From: Lingula anatina
Lineage: Eukaryota > Animalia > Brachiopoda
DNA length: 64,000 bases
Direction of reading: 5' to 3'
NCBI GenBank assembly: GCA_051362555.1
Contig: CM120643.1
Location: forward strand, 22,448,848-22,512,847
This document shows, one piece after another, positions 29,395 to 41,347 of the stretch; positions within the stretch are counted from its first letter, which is position 1, and the number at the start of each line of letters is the position of its first letter. The notes beneath the pieces are model-generated. The model was not told where the DNA came from. It ran no database searches and saw only the letters and a list, made by a program, of their open reading frames with translations. The position numbers and the translations under genes were made by a program.

Positions 29395-30579
29395 CTTGAA
29401 ATTTTTTAGTGTGTCCTAACTGCTAAGCTGTCGGGCTAGAACTGAAGTGCTACTGCAAAGTACACCTAATAGTCACACCTGTGACTACTACTCAGCACTG
29501 TCACATGCTTGTGACGTAACGCAAAGACAATCATTTTTCACTATACGCTGTACCGTGAAAAATATTCAGACTCGGCACCTAAGGATCCTGAATTAACCGG
29601 TATATCGGACCACACTACCCGTTTTCAAGATGTGTGTCAGATCGCATTTCGGAGTATCAGCCAAAACACCGACAGGATGAGCCCTGACATGCTCGGCTGT
29701 CACCTTGATTGGATAGTAAACGATTGTCGTAAAATCGCTATATGATTTTAAAACCGGGTGCATAATTTTGAAAGCCACCTAGATGAACCTTAGACTGCCA
29801 CATTAATCTAATACAAGCAAAAAAGCCCTATCAAAAGTGGTTAAAACATTCAAACCGAATGTCGTAAAGTCCCCATATATCCCCATAGAGACAATAAAAT
29901 AAAGTACTCTAAAGTAAGAGTACAGTTTAAGGTTGTTCAGCCGAGCGTGGATGAGCCCGCAGTCGTGCTACAAAATTTGTTCTGGGGCATGATACTCCGA
30001 AATGCGATCTGACACACACCTTGAAAACGGGTAGCGTGGTCCGATATACCGGTTAATTCAGGATCCTTAGGTGCCGAGTCTGATAGTTGGGTAGGCCTGA
30101 GCCAAGTTAGTTGGTAGTCTATGCTTAGTCAAATATTCTTTGTATAATAGAGCTGAGGTATATTAACCCTTTTAAAACGTCGTATATATATATATGTACA
30201 GACACACACACTAATAAAGTTTTGTGGTCTGTGCTGCTCAAATACTTGAAATCCTTGTCAGGTTAGAAAATGTGCCTATCTTGTCTCTTTTAGTTATGTT
30301 TAATTCGCATTTTTTCGGCGAAAACAAACTGTTATGAATACATACAGCATAGATTTTGTCATGATACAATTATTTAGTAATCGCCTGGGTCAATAGGCCC
30401 ATGGGAATTTCGGCGCTTTCCCCGCCCGTGAGAAAGAATTTAATTGCATGTAGAATGTCATAAATTGTATGCAAAAGCTCGAGCGCTAGACTGGTGGGCA
30501 TGAGTAATTTTAATACAACGAGAGTTTAAATTTGACAATATGGATTTTGATTTGAAAACTGCTGAATTTTTTATCCTAG

Positions 30580-33500
30580 ATGAAATCCGTTTGGGTGCAC
30601 AAGAAACAGCATGGTTCCAACTTGCTATTCTATTGTTTGGCGCTAGGTAAGAATGTTTTGATAAAGGTGTTTTATTGTGCTCTATTTTGTTCTATGCCCC
30701 CCCCTTCAAATAGAATTTAACAGCACTATGTTGCCATAGTATTGCCTGTGTTCATGATATTATATTGTATATTATAAAAGCGCACTGTTTTGCTGTAACG
30801 TTTTTTGGAACTTAGTTTAGTAATCTATTCTTATGTAGTGCATAGTGTAGTGTAGTGCAATGATGTGTAGTGTATTGAATTGTATTATTGGCTTGTATTG
30901 AATTGCAATAATGCAATGTATTTACCGTTTTCTCTCGTTACTTGAACTCTAATACGCTGTGCGTTGCCACATTAGTTAAGGTAAATATTTTAACCAAATA
31001 TTGATAGATAATGCACCCGCCATTCGTTACTCTTTTATATGTATTGAAGATCTTCCCAATTTCATGCTCCCTGACATGTTTTTCAGGAAAAATACAATAG
31101 CGTGAATGGAGTTATTCGGGTAAACACTAATCGTTGCTTTATAATTGTGCTTTTTTCATGTTTTAGGACTTCTGTTACCACGGGGTGTGGGTATGTATAC
31201 AAATATTGATAATTTATGATATGTATTTACCGAAAACATGCTTACCGAAAACAAAATGCACCATAACCCTACACGAAACCTTTTTGGGTTACATTTTAAA
31301 GTCATTGTAATTTTATACATGATAAATTATGAATACACTGGTACATTTGCGTATATATTCTAAATGTAGGTTAACATTTTTTCTGATTTAAATTAACTAT
31401 GAAATGACGAGCATGAGAGTGTTATTTGGGTCAGTGTGAGTTGTTGATAGTAAAGGCACAATGACTGTCAATAATATAAATCCAAAACGAGCAGTATCAA
31501 AGTAGCATAATAATATGTATCAACGTGTCTTAATTATACACTTTTTTCGAAAAGTGGCACCGGGCACAGGGGGTCCACCAGGTACAGGTGGGCCACCAGG
31601 GACAGGAGGGCCTCCAGGCACAGGGGGGCCACCAGGCACAGGAGGGCCACCGGGCACAGGCGGACCACCAGGTACAGGAGGGCCTCCAGGGACAGGGGGG
31701 CCACCAGGGACAGGAGGACCACCAGGGACAGGAGGTCCTCCGGGTACAGGTGGACCACCCGGTACAGGAGGTCCGCCAGGCACAGGAGGTCCGCCAGGTA
31801 CAGGTGGACCACCAGGGACAGGAGGTCCGCCAGGCACAGGGGGACCACCAGGCACAGGAGGTCCGCCAGGCACAGGTGGTCCACCAGGCACAGGGGGGCC
31901 ACCAGGGACAGGAGGACCACCAGGCACAGGAGGACCACCAGGCACAGGTGGACCACCAGGTACAGGAGGTCCGCCAGGCACAGGAGGACCACCAGGTACA
32001 GGAGGTCCGCCAGGCACAGGAGGACCACCAGGTACAGGAGGTCCGCCAGGCACAGGTGGCCCACCAGGTACTGGTGGACCACCAGGAACAGGTGGTCCGC
32101 CTGGCACAGGCGGGCCACCTGGCACAGGCGGTCCGCCAGGAACAGGAGGTCCGCCTGGCACGGGAGGTCCGCCAGGCACGGGAGGTCCACCAGGCACGGG
32201 AGGACCACCAGGCACTGGAGGTCCGCCGGGAACAGGAGGGCCGCCAGGAACAGGAGCTCCACCGGGTACAGGAGGACCACCAGGAACAGGTGGGCCACCA
32301 GGCACAGGAGGGCCACCAGGCACAGGAGGGCCTCCAGGTACAGGTGGTCCACCAGGTACAGGAGGTCCGCCAGGAACAGGGGGTCCACCAGGAACAGGAG
32401 GACCACCAGGAACAGGGGGGCCACCAGGGCTGCCAGGGACAGGAGGACCACCGGGTACCGCTGGTCCAAAAGGCATAAAGGGGGCAAAAGGTACGTGCTG
32501 CCCACTTGTGGTATGCAGCTCTTTCAAAATGCATATTATTTTCGAATACACCAGTTAGCCATCCCTTTTAAAATGGATAGAGGTAGTGGTGTTGATTGAA
32601 TAACACAAGATTTAAAATAGCTAAAAATTCTAGTCAGACAGTTCAAATTCATTACATACAAAAATTAATAACTACCTTACTGACAATTTAAACAATGGTT
32701 GCATATCAGAAAAACGTAGGCCATCCACATAACCTTTATGAGGCAATTAATATCTGAAAAGTGAATGTAAAAATTATAGAAAGGCCCAACCTGGACCCTG
32801 CGTTATGCCAATTACCCGCTTTTACATTACCTACACTTCGTCTTTTCACTCCAGGGCCCAAAAAGGTCATGCCTCATCCTGTGTAATGCCTTTATTCTAA
32901 CCATTTACGTGCATTTACATTACCTACACTTCGTCTTTTGACTCCAGGGCCCAAAGGGGTCATGCCTCCTGGCACCCCCGGGGACAAGGGAGACATGGGG
33001 ATGTCCGGTATCATGGGACAGAAGGGTCTGCCGGGTGCCCCAGGTATCAAAGGCATGAAAGGGGAGATGGGGATGCCAGGCATGGCCATGAAGGGAGTAA
33101 AGGGAGAAAAAGGACAGGACGGCACAACGATGATGACCACGGCGGCGGGGGTTACCAATAGCAATACCAATAGTCCGGCGGTCACAGGAGGAGTGACCAA
33201 TCGGATTGTAGCTACAGGAACACCTGGTAAAACAAGAGTTTCGCTTTTATGTGATTTTTAAACTTAAGAGTTGCAATAACGCATTATCAAATTATTATTA
33301 TTACTATTATTATTATTATTATTATTTTAGTTGTTGTTGGTGGTGATGGTATAGATGTTTTGTCATTCATATATCGCAGAGGCAAAGTAATATCTCTTTC
33401 AATTAATGCCTCTGCACCTTTGTTTAAGTATGGTCTACCAGTGAAGATACAGTATTTTACATTTAAATTTTTAGAAAATTGCCTACATATATTCACCTGA

Positions 33501-33884
33501 GTAAATATTAGGCTATTCGCATCACATTAGTATGTATAGCATGTTAATAAAATTCTTTTGCGTTTTTCTGGAGCCGAAAAGGCTAATTTTTTCCAAAGGT
33601 GAAAACTGATTTTACCCGTAGTTACTTTTGATTCAATTTCAGATACTTCCAAACCACGAAATATGCTAGTAGAAAAATCATTACCAGGACTTGTTGGCGG
33701 GGAAACGGCCATCACCATTAGTGTGATACCAATGATTTTAATATTCGTCGTCGTGATAGGTATGCTTATTCGCAGAAACAAGAAAACTCTGAAGTATTTA
33801 AAGAAAGTCGATAAGGACGTTGAGCGACGTGCGCATGCGTGGGACATCCATAGCGTTCAGAGCAGACCGGAATCGATGATGTAA
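30580..33884 (+). CDS. Type-I membrane collagen-like protein 2 (paralog). Exons 30580-30646, 31167-31190, 31555-32490, 32948-33226, 33643-33884
   Basis: Phase-1 GT-AG introns; signal peptide ..[17 protein letters not shown]; about 48 GPPGTG copies; GDKGDMG/GIKGMKG segment; Thr-rich stalk; [23 protein letters not shown] followed by RRNKK. Confidence 0.8.
31560..32427 (+). repeat. 18-bp coding repeat encoding (GPPGTG), about 48 copies
   Basis: Translated in ORF 31515..32558. Confidence 0.95.
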
Positions 33885-35242
33885 ACGAGGCATTGTAACG
33901 GTGGCTAGTCCTATAGACGCTACACATCCAAAAGAATTGCTTTGCAGATTTTGATAAACATTTCTTCAATTAGGTTCACGCCTGGGATATTTCTTCCTAA
34001 AATACTGTGAATATGAACTTTCAAAGGGTTTTTAACGTCTACGAATATTAGGTCTCCTTGTATTTGAAATGATCACATGCAGGACATTTAAAAACGAAAC
34101 TTGTTCTATTGGTCAGTGTTAAATATTTGCCATCACCATATATGTATTGATATATGCTTTGAATAGTGCACCAACCCTTTTTGTTATATTTGATTCAGTT
34201 CGCAAATTTTGTTCCAACGCATGATAGCTATAGAAATACCAAAGGCGAATGGCTTCCGTGTAGCCATTGCGTGAACTGTTAATGCCAACTGATTTAAATT
34301 GAATGAAGAGCTCAGTTGAAGACAGATTGAATATTCGTGCAGTTATAGCATCATTTCGAAAATGAAAGTGGTCGGATTTGTAAAACTGATCGAACAACGA
34401 AATAAAGCGAATAACAAAGTTTATAGATTCTTCATTTATTGATTTGCCATCGGGGTTGGTTTTAAGGGGGAAGACAGATCACTAACCTGAATGATGACGC
34501 GTTGCCCAGAATGAATTGATGAATGTAAAAGACAGCTGACAAGTAATTGACGCACTAACAAGTACAATATTTAACACACATCTATTTTTATATGTAAGAA
34601 TCCGGCCTTTTCCACATTTTAGAGGAAGAGCTCCTCATTTTCTTGGTGTGTATGGCGTATCAGTTAAAAATCAAGTATTTTCAAGTATTTTCATGATTAT
34701 CTTTTATTATTGAAATAGAAATGAAATCAATATAAGAAGAAAATATGTTCAGAAGAAATATTGTGTAAAATAAAATTGAATAAAAAAAAAATAATACGTT
34801 GAATCCCTTAGATATTATCTGAGCTAATAGATATATATTTGTTTGGTTGACAATTGAAAAAGAGCCACTTAAAGTTTTTAAAAAATCAATTTGTGGATGC
34901 ATTTTATGGATGTCGTTGCCATTTAAACTGAATTTGAAAGCGCTGACTTATGCTTCCCTTCAAATGCAATATATCCTTTGCTTCTTTTGACGTCTTTCTT
35001 TCTTACCTTTTTCTGTTTTGATAGCTACATCAAGTCAAAGGAGTTAAAGCCGTACACGTGTTTTCACTGAGTTTGTAATGATTCCTTTCACTACCAATGC
35101 ATCATCGTCTTTATCAGCCTACACGTACAGTTTCTCAGAACGACAATGATTATGGTCACATGTACCACATATTGTACTGTACAATCCGGAATCTCTTTTC
35201 TGGCAACAAAACAGCATTCCCAATACAAACAAAGGAAATAGT

Positions 35243-38200
35243 TCAAATATATAGTTGTCTAGTGTCAATTGTGTACAGCGGGTTTTCAAACTCGATATTT
35301 TGGGTCTTCCTGCTCTGCGCCGCTGTGTGTCCCAGCCTTGACTTGCTCCCATCGGGATCAGAGAGGCTTTGGTACGTTCGCTGGCAAATGGGGATATGTC
35401 TTTAAAAAGGAGAAAAGTCATTATTAAGAACGTTATAAAGCTGGAAAATCATTATCTTACTATTAGATGTATCAACATTTGCCTCCTGACACAATTTTGA
35501 AGGGAGAAGGTAAATAGATCTACAGAAATAAAGTTATAATGGTTGAAATGCATGCTGCAACCTAAAATTGTAAAACAAAAGATTAAAATCTCACCAGATT
35601 TGTTTATAGTTTAAATTCAAAACTGAGCATGAATATGTCTGCATTCAAGTCTCACCCACCTCCTCGTGCGACTTCTTTTAATAATGACGATGGTGATAAT
35701 TATAGCACATCCCGTCAGGAACAGCCCTCCCAAAAGTAGGGCAACGATCCTCCCTGTTTTCTCCCGGGTAAAAGCTAGCGTTCCTGGCGGTAGCGTATCC
35801 GACGACTCTGGCGGTGACGTTTCTGACGTTGCCGCAAATAACAGTGAAACAGCAATTGTGACACTTTCTGGCAATGATGGCGAAACCTATGTAAAAGAAA
35901 CAGGGTAATTTTTTTGAACTGGGAGACGCACTTTAATGGCGACATCTTTTTGTCTACGTTAACTAAGATATTTCATTGGGAAATGTTGTTTGTCAACGCT
36001 AAATTGTTCCTTAACAGCAATCATGACAGCAGTCAGAACAAGGCGTTGGCTCGGTCTGTTGTCTTGGCTTAACATAACTGAACCCATTGGTAACGAACAC
36101 AACCAGCGCACCTGCAGCAATCTACAAACACCGCATCAACGGCACAACTCATAATCAGCACATTTACGGCAATCCGGTATCACTGTCTCAGAACGTCGGC
36201 ATGATCAGAACGTGATGTGAAAATTGGACTTCATGAGCTTGAAGTCATTTCCATGGCTTCTTAATTAACATCGCTTCTTAACTTTATTTTTAGTTTATAG
36301 GTCTTGCGGAACAGAATTTGTGCCCCGTTCGATTCCCACCCACGTGTACAAATGTACCACAACAATATTTTGCAAAAAAAAAAAAAAAAAAAAAAAATTT
36401 GAGTCACAACTGGCAAGGTCTAAAGAAATGTTATTGTGAATCCTTACCGATGTATATTCTCCAAACAGCGCTGTGGCTGTTTCAGGAAGAGAACTACTTA
36501 ACGAGGGAAGCCATGTTGACAGCGTGTTGGATAAAGTCGCAGATGATGTCGTAGTGTCTTTTCCGCAATCTGACACTGAAATTGTTTTGTTAAATACGTT
36601 TGGCATGCTAAAGATACGATATCAAAATAACAAAAACAGCTAGTGCAGTGAAAATATTACTTTGAGTTGGGTGCAATCCGCATTTTTCGATGACATTCTA
36701 AAAAAACGTGGAATTTCCATAAACTTAAAAAGTTTTATTATCCGAACTGAAAAAAAACTTGATGATGGGCCCGTAACAACACAGAATGTATGCCCAAAAT
36801 TGAGAATATGGTATTGAATATTTAATTGGGAATAGTGGAGAATCGCCGTTACCTGAGACGGAGTAAACAGAATTCTTGTGGAACCCGCCGCATATTTGGG
36901 AAGTATTTCCATTACATGGTATGTGACATTCGTTTTCATTCACGTATCCATGGCGACCGTAGCTGTGACCACAGAAACACTGATATCCCCTTTGTAGTCC
37001 TGCGTATTTGAACCCTTCAGGATAAGACGCATCACGTAAAATACTTTGGATATATTTTGCTGTTAATACATATAACAGGTTCTTCTTATATCTTCTAATG
37101 TTTTCTAATGAGATTAAAGTGACTGTCATTGAATTAGGCTGTCCCGTTTGTGGACTGTCCCAATATGAAATTTTTAATGGGATAGCTGTAGCAGTGACAT
37201 TTTGTGGTAGCCAGAAATGGTATAATGTAAGATTTGAAGCTATCAATGCACACATGAATTGCACGAACGTGGTCCCACGATAGAAATTCAATTTCATATT
37301 TCCTATGGCGGAAACATCCCTTTCATATTGAATAAATTGATTTATTAATAAATAAAAAGGAAAAAAAGGAAAAAAGAAAACCAAAGAAGATAAGAAGGAT
37401 GAACTGACACGTTCCCATACCTTACCTTTGCAACTGCACGCTGACAGACACCTGTCTACACTTGTCACTGCTCTGTCCCATAACAAGTCAGTTAAATCTG
37501 CCGGGTAGCTGTCTTGGTAACACCCTAGGTAACTGCCGACTGTGGAATACACATTTGGGTCAATGATAAAAAACATGTCTATTTGGCATTTCAAATGGAT
37601 TTTAAAGTCTCAATATATGTATATGAATATGTAGGCCTACCATCACTAAAAACAACAAAACAACAAATAAGTGAGTCTGAAGAAGACCTCCCCAATCAGT
37701 ACGTAGTCCCCCAACCTCGTGAGAGTGTGTAAGGGCCCATTCCCATAAGTTAACACCATCCCGGACTGACTGACTACAATGAGCTTAAGTGAATGGCACA
37801 CCTCCTCCTGGCGTTTTAACAAAAGAATACAGAAAAGCTGGGGATAAAACAAATACGTTGGAAACAAGAGGAGGCGTGTCATTCAGTTAAGCTGATTGCA
37901 CTAAGCGAGAGTGCCCTGAGAGTTGGGGCGATTCACGTAGACCGATGTTGCCAATGGAAATGGGGTCTAGGGCAGGGTTCCCATACCTAAATTGATCCAT
38001 CCATCATTTAAGCCGGTGAGTTGATAGCAATTTAGTGAGACTCCCCTGGGAGTTAGACCGATCCAAATATCTGTGGAAATGATCCCTTAGACCCCATTCC
38101 CGGAGATTAGATTGATCCAACTAGATCCACCTAACTCCCTGGGGGTTCACGCTAAATAGCTGTCAGCCGAGCGGGCACGAAAGTTAATTACCCCCTTACA

Positions 38201-38346
38201 GCTTGTAGTAGGCGGGACGGACATTTAAGCCGGATTATCTGACAGATATCTAGTGAGACTCCCCACGGGGATAGATCGATCTAAAATTTATGGGATTGCG
38301 CCCTTAGTGCGCGGCAACTGTCAATGTCATCTTCTAACCCCCTCCT

Positions 38347-38377
<31 letters not shown>

Positions 38378-38713
38378 ATTCAACGCGTCAGTATATTAAA
38401 GCCCATTGATTTGGCCTAATTGTCACTGCTATTAAACGTCCCTACCCTCTTGGCCAGGAGGTTGAAACAAAATCAGGAAGTGAAATAACCCCCTCCGTCA
38501 TTCCTATCAAATGATGCAAATACAAACATGTAGTGAATGTGTTAAACAGAGCAAGATATGATCCCCATTCTTCAGAGGTATGTGATTCTCTTACTCTTTT
38601 GTGAACATAATTATGCACTATGTACATTTGATAAACAACATGCTCAACTTGAACTTACTTGCTTCACAGATAATAACGGAACACAAAGCCAAGATCAATC
38701 TAATCAAAAACAT
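35243..38713 (-). CDS. WSC-domain type-I membrane protein. Exons 38713-38659, 37539-37426, 37014-36853, 36569-36448, 35886-35660, 35399-35243
   Basis: Signal peptide MFLIRLILALCSVIICEA; WSC pattern YLGCYQD..C...C..KGFKYAGLQ.G.QCFCG..C..PC.G.....CGG...NSVY; Ser/Thr stalk; TM IVALLLGGLFLTGCAIIITIVII; tail with FENPLY. Exon phases are consistent. Confidence 0.85.
37884..38305. mobile_element. Cluster of palindromic MITE-family copies in a WSC-gene intron
   Basis: Shares CCTAACTCCCTGG..GTTCA.GCTAAAT and TAGTGAGACTCCCC motifs with 55330-55615 (inverted) and 63667-63910. Confidence 0.7.
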
Positions 38714-41200
38714 TCCAATATAGTACTGCCAACTGGTTAAGCTTGGTGTACATTTGCCGTTGTCGTGTCAGTAAGACACACTCATAGAATGGCTCCTAGA
38801 ATAAGACGACAAAAAATGAGACACGAGCGTGCCTCGTCCCGGATATATAAAGTTCACTATGAACGACTCTTTTCAAGGTCAAACGTTAAGATGCGTGCTG
38901 ACGGTTGGTGCATGTTCTCCTGCTTTGTGTAAACAATGTGATAAGAGTTTTGCCCTGGTTTTGATTTTAATTCAGGTAGATTTTTATCTCTCTCTCTCTC
39001 TCTCTCGCGTGCGCACTTCCTGATTGTCTACTAGACCTATCTTGGTAACTCTACGAAAAAGAGCCGCAAGTAACTGTTCTATTTTGCCCCAGACATCTTG
39101 TCTTTGAAACATTTTTCTTGCATGTTGAATGGCGATTGAATGGATGACAAAAAATTGCTGATGTAAACATGCCAACTGCCAACTGTTGATATCTATTTTC
39201 ATTTTCATAATCAGCATCAGTACACAAGTAAGAGTAAATTTTTCGAATTAGTGTTCGTATTAACAGCTATGAAACTTTATTCACGGCACATAATCATTCG
39301 CTTTGAAACTAGACATATAAGACAGTAAAGTCAATACTCGCACGTGCTAAAAAATACAATGTATTGACCAGAGTGAGTGCGATGAAATGAACCATTGCTG
39401 TAATTGAGTTTAAAAATACACACATTTCGAATTCCTCCCGATTAATTTTTTAAATCTCAACTACCGCAGTGGCTTATTTGGTTGAGACCCACACAGACAC
39501 ATTTCTCTTGATCATTGCGTTCATTATAAATCTGGGAGGAAAGTAGATATTATGAAGGAAAAGTGATGAAAAAGGTAATATAACGTGAAAGTGTTCTCTT
39601 GAGGACATGAAACAATTTCTGCAATAACTTGCATTTCATTATTCGTCTTTTTCTGCTTTACTTTGAATGGATGGCAAATCTTGTTGATGGAAACATGCCA
39701 ACTGTTACTGTCTATAAACTTTGCATAGTGTAGGGTCGTTTTATCCTTCAGCTGTATTCCTTTTTAATACGGTCTCAAACTTCTTTAATTCTTACATTTT
39801 TACTACAGCGTGGCTTATTCCCAATATTGTAAATTTTTTTAATAATATGCATTCATTTCTTTTGATTTGCATTAGCATTCAACATTTTGTTGGATAGATA
39901 TAGTTCAACGTGAGTCCTTTTTCCTAAGAAATCGCAGTGCGGTGCAGCCTGTATGCGCCCATGTCATCCCGAGTATTAGTGTTTCTTGTATGAAAATTAA
40001 ATAACAATCGACGTGGCGTTTCTTAAACACCACGTGCATCTAATCTTCTTACACGTTCGTTCTACATAAGTGTATCTCTTATAAGATGTGTTATGTGTTT
40101 GTTCTACATATATGTTCATTCTCTATGCCTTATGTAAGTTTGGTCTTAATCAATCATACATGTAATAGCTTGAGCCAATAAACAGAGAAAGCAAGTCAGC
40201 CTCCATGTTGCAGTACAGCGTCAGAACGATGAGTCGTCATATGTATGTTCGCGCGCGCGTGCGCGCGTGTACATGGGCATGTGTGTGTGTGGAGTGGGGG
40301 GGGGGGGTAGTTTTGGTTTATTCTGTGACCTGGCCGGGGATCGAACCTTCAACAAAACATTCCGCAAGCTAATACAACATGTATCTCTCCCACTAGAATA
40401 TATATATACATACATCCAAGATCAACCACGACCAATGCAGCCGTAAGTTACATCCTTCTCATTGCACGGCAGGCAGTCAATACTAATAACTTAAGTCTCG
40501 CCATTATCACTCTCAGATAATTTCAGGGTATAAATATGTGAGAATGATTTGGGGTTTGTGACTAAATTACAGGTTATTAAGAATGGCATCATCAAGGTAT
40601 TACATATCGATCTGGTAATTTGGTCTTGTCAGACAGACAGCATTATCTACAGTGCACATGTACTCTCATGGCGTCCTCATTTTGTTCACATTTGAAAGAT
40701 TTTGGATAGGTTTTATCTGACTTGCCACTGTTTAAAAAATGGATAATTCGGGAGAAAAGGCCAATGAGGAATGTAAAAATATTTTGGGAAGTCTTGCCAA
40801 ATATGCAGATTCAGTAATACAGTGCACAGAAATGGTGTGTGTATTTCTTTCTATCTCTTTAAATGCCAACTGAGCCGTTGGAGCTACATGATAGAATTAT
40901 AATTTAGCTAAAAATAAATAGTACAAAAGCGTATTTTATTCCAAAAATTAAAACGGAATGATATAAATATTAAAGTATTCCTTTATGTTTTAATTAAAAG
41001 CTGGTCTTGAAAGTAAACTACTGTGTATGCGATCGAAAATGCCCCCCCCCCCCAAAAAAAAAAGGCCCTAAGACATATTTTTGTCCAGACATCTTGCCAA
41101 ACTTCTTCTTCCCAATTCAGAAAATTCATAAACAATAAAATTCTGCAAATAAAAGGACCTGTTGTAGATATATCCTTATATGGGAAATATAATTGCAGTC

Positions 41201-41347
41201 TAGGGGCGCACTCAGAACTACTTGATCAGCGGACTAACAGGGATAACGGAAAACGGGGATAACGCGGTAAGCTTTCAAGTGGGTCGTCAAAATTTGATCC
41301 GAGGATCTGTTAGTCTCCGGATCAACTTTGGTTGTGAATGCGGCCTA
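41201..41347. mobile_element. About 147-bp MITE-like inverted repeat
   Basis: TAGGGGCGCACTCAGAACTACTTGATCAGCGGACTAACAG is an imperfect reverse complement of CTGTTAGTCTCCGGATCAACTTTGGTTGTGAATGCGGCCTA. Confidence 0.55.

Larger units (their letters stand above)
19924..29569 (-). mobile_element. PAT-like (DIRS-order) tyrosine-recombinase retrotransposon with split direct repeats A1-gag-RT/RH/MT-YR-B1-A2-B2
   Basis: A repeats at 29403-29569 and 20472-20638 (identical by eye); B repeats at 20639-20707 and 19927-19995; gag, YLDD RT, RNase H, methyltransferase-like and YR ORFs; CAG at both ends and at the internal B/A junction. Confidence 0.92.
19907..30099. mobile_element. About 550-bp TIR MITE (19907-19926 plus 29570-30099), split by the PAT-like retrotransposon
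   Basis: The reverse complement of the right end, CAGGCCTACCCAACTATCAGACTCGGCACC..., is restored by joining 19907-19926 to 29570 onward. TIR about 110 bp; 6-bp TSD AGCCAA (19901-19906, 30100-30105). Confidence 0.88.

Noticed and set aside
19924-29569. Classification as DIRS1-like or Ngaro
   Set aside because: It lacks the terminal inverted repeats of DIRS1-like elements and has an MTase-like domain that Ngaro lacks; PAT-like fits best pending phylogeny.
36725-37594. 289-aa ORF taken as a single-exon protein
   Set aside because: It is two WSC exons joined by a stop-free intron; the middle is low-complexity and bounded by GT/AG.
41234-41250. Resemblance to an I-SceI site (TAACAGGGATAAC)
   Set aside because: It does not match the 18-bp site and lies inside a MITE-like hairpin.
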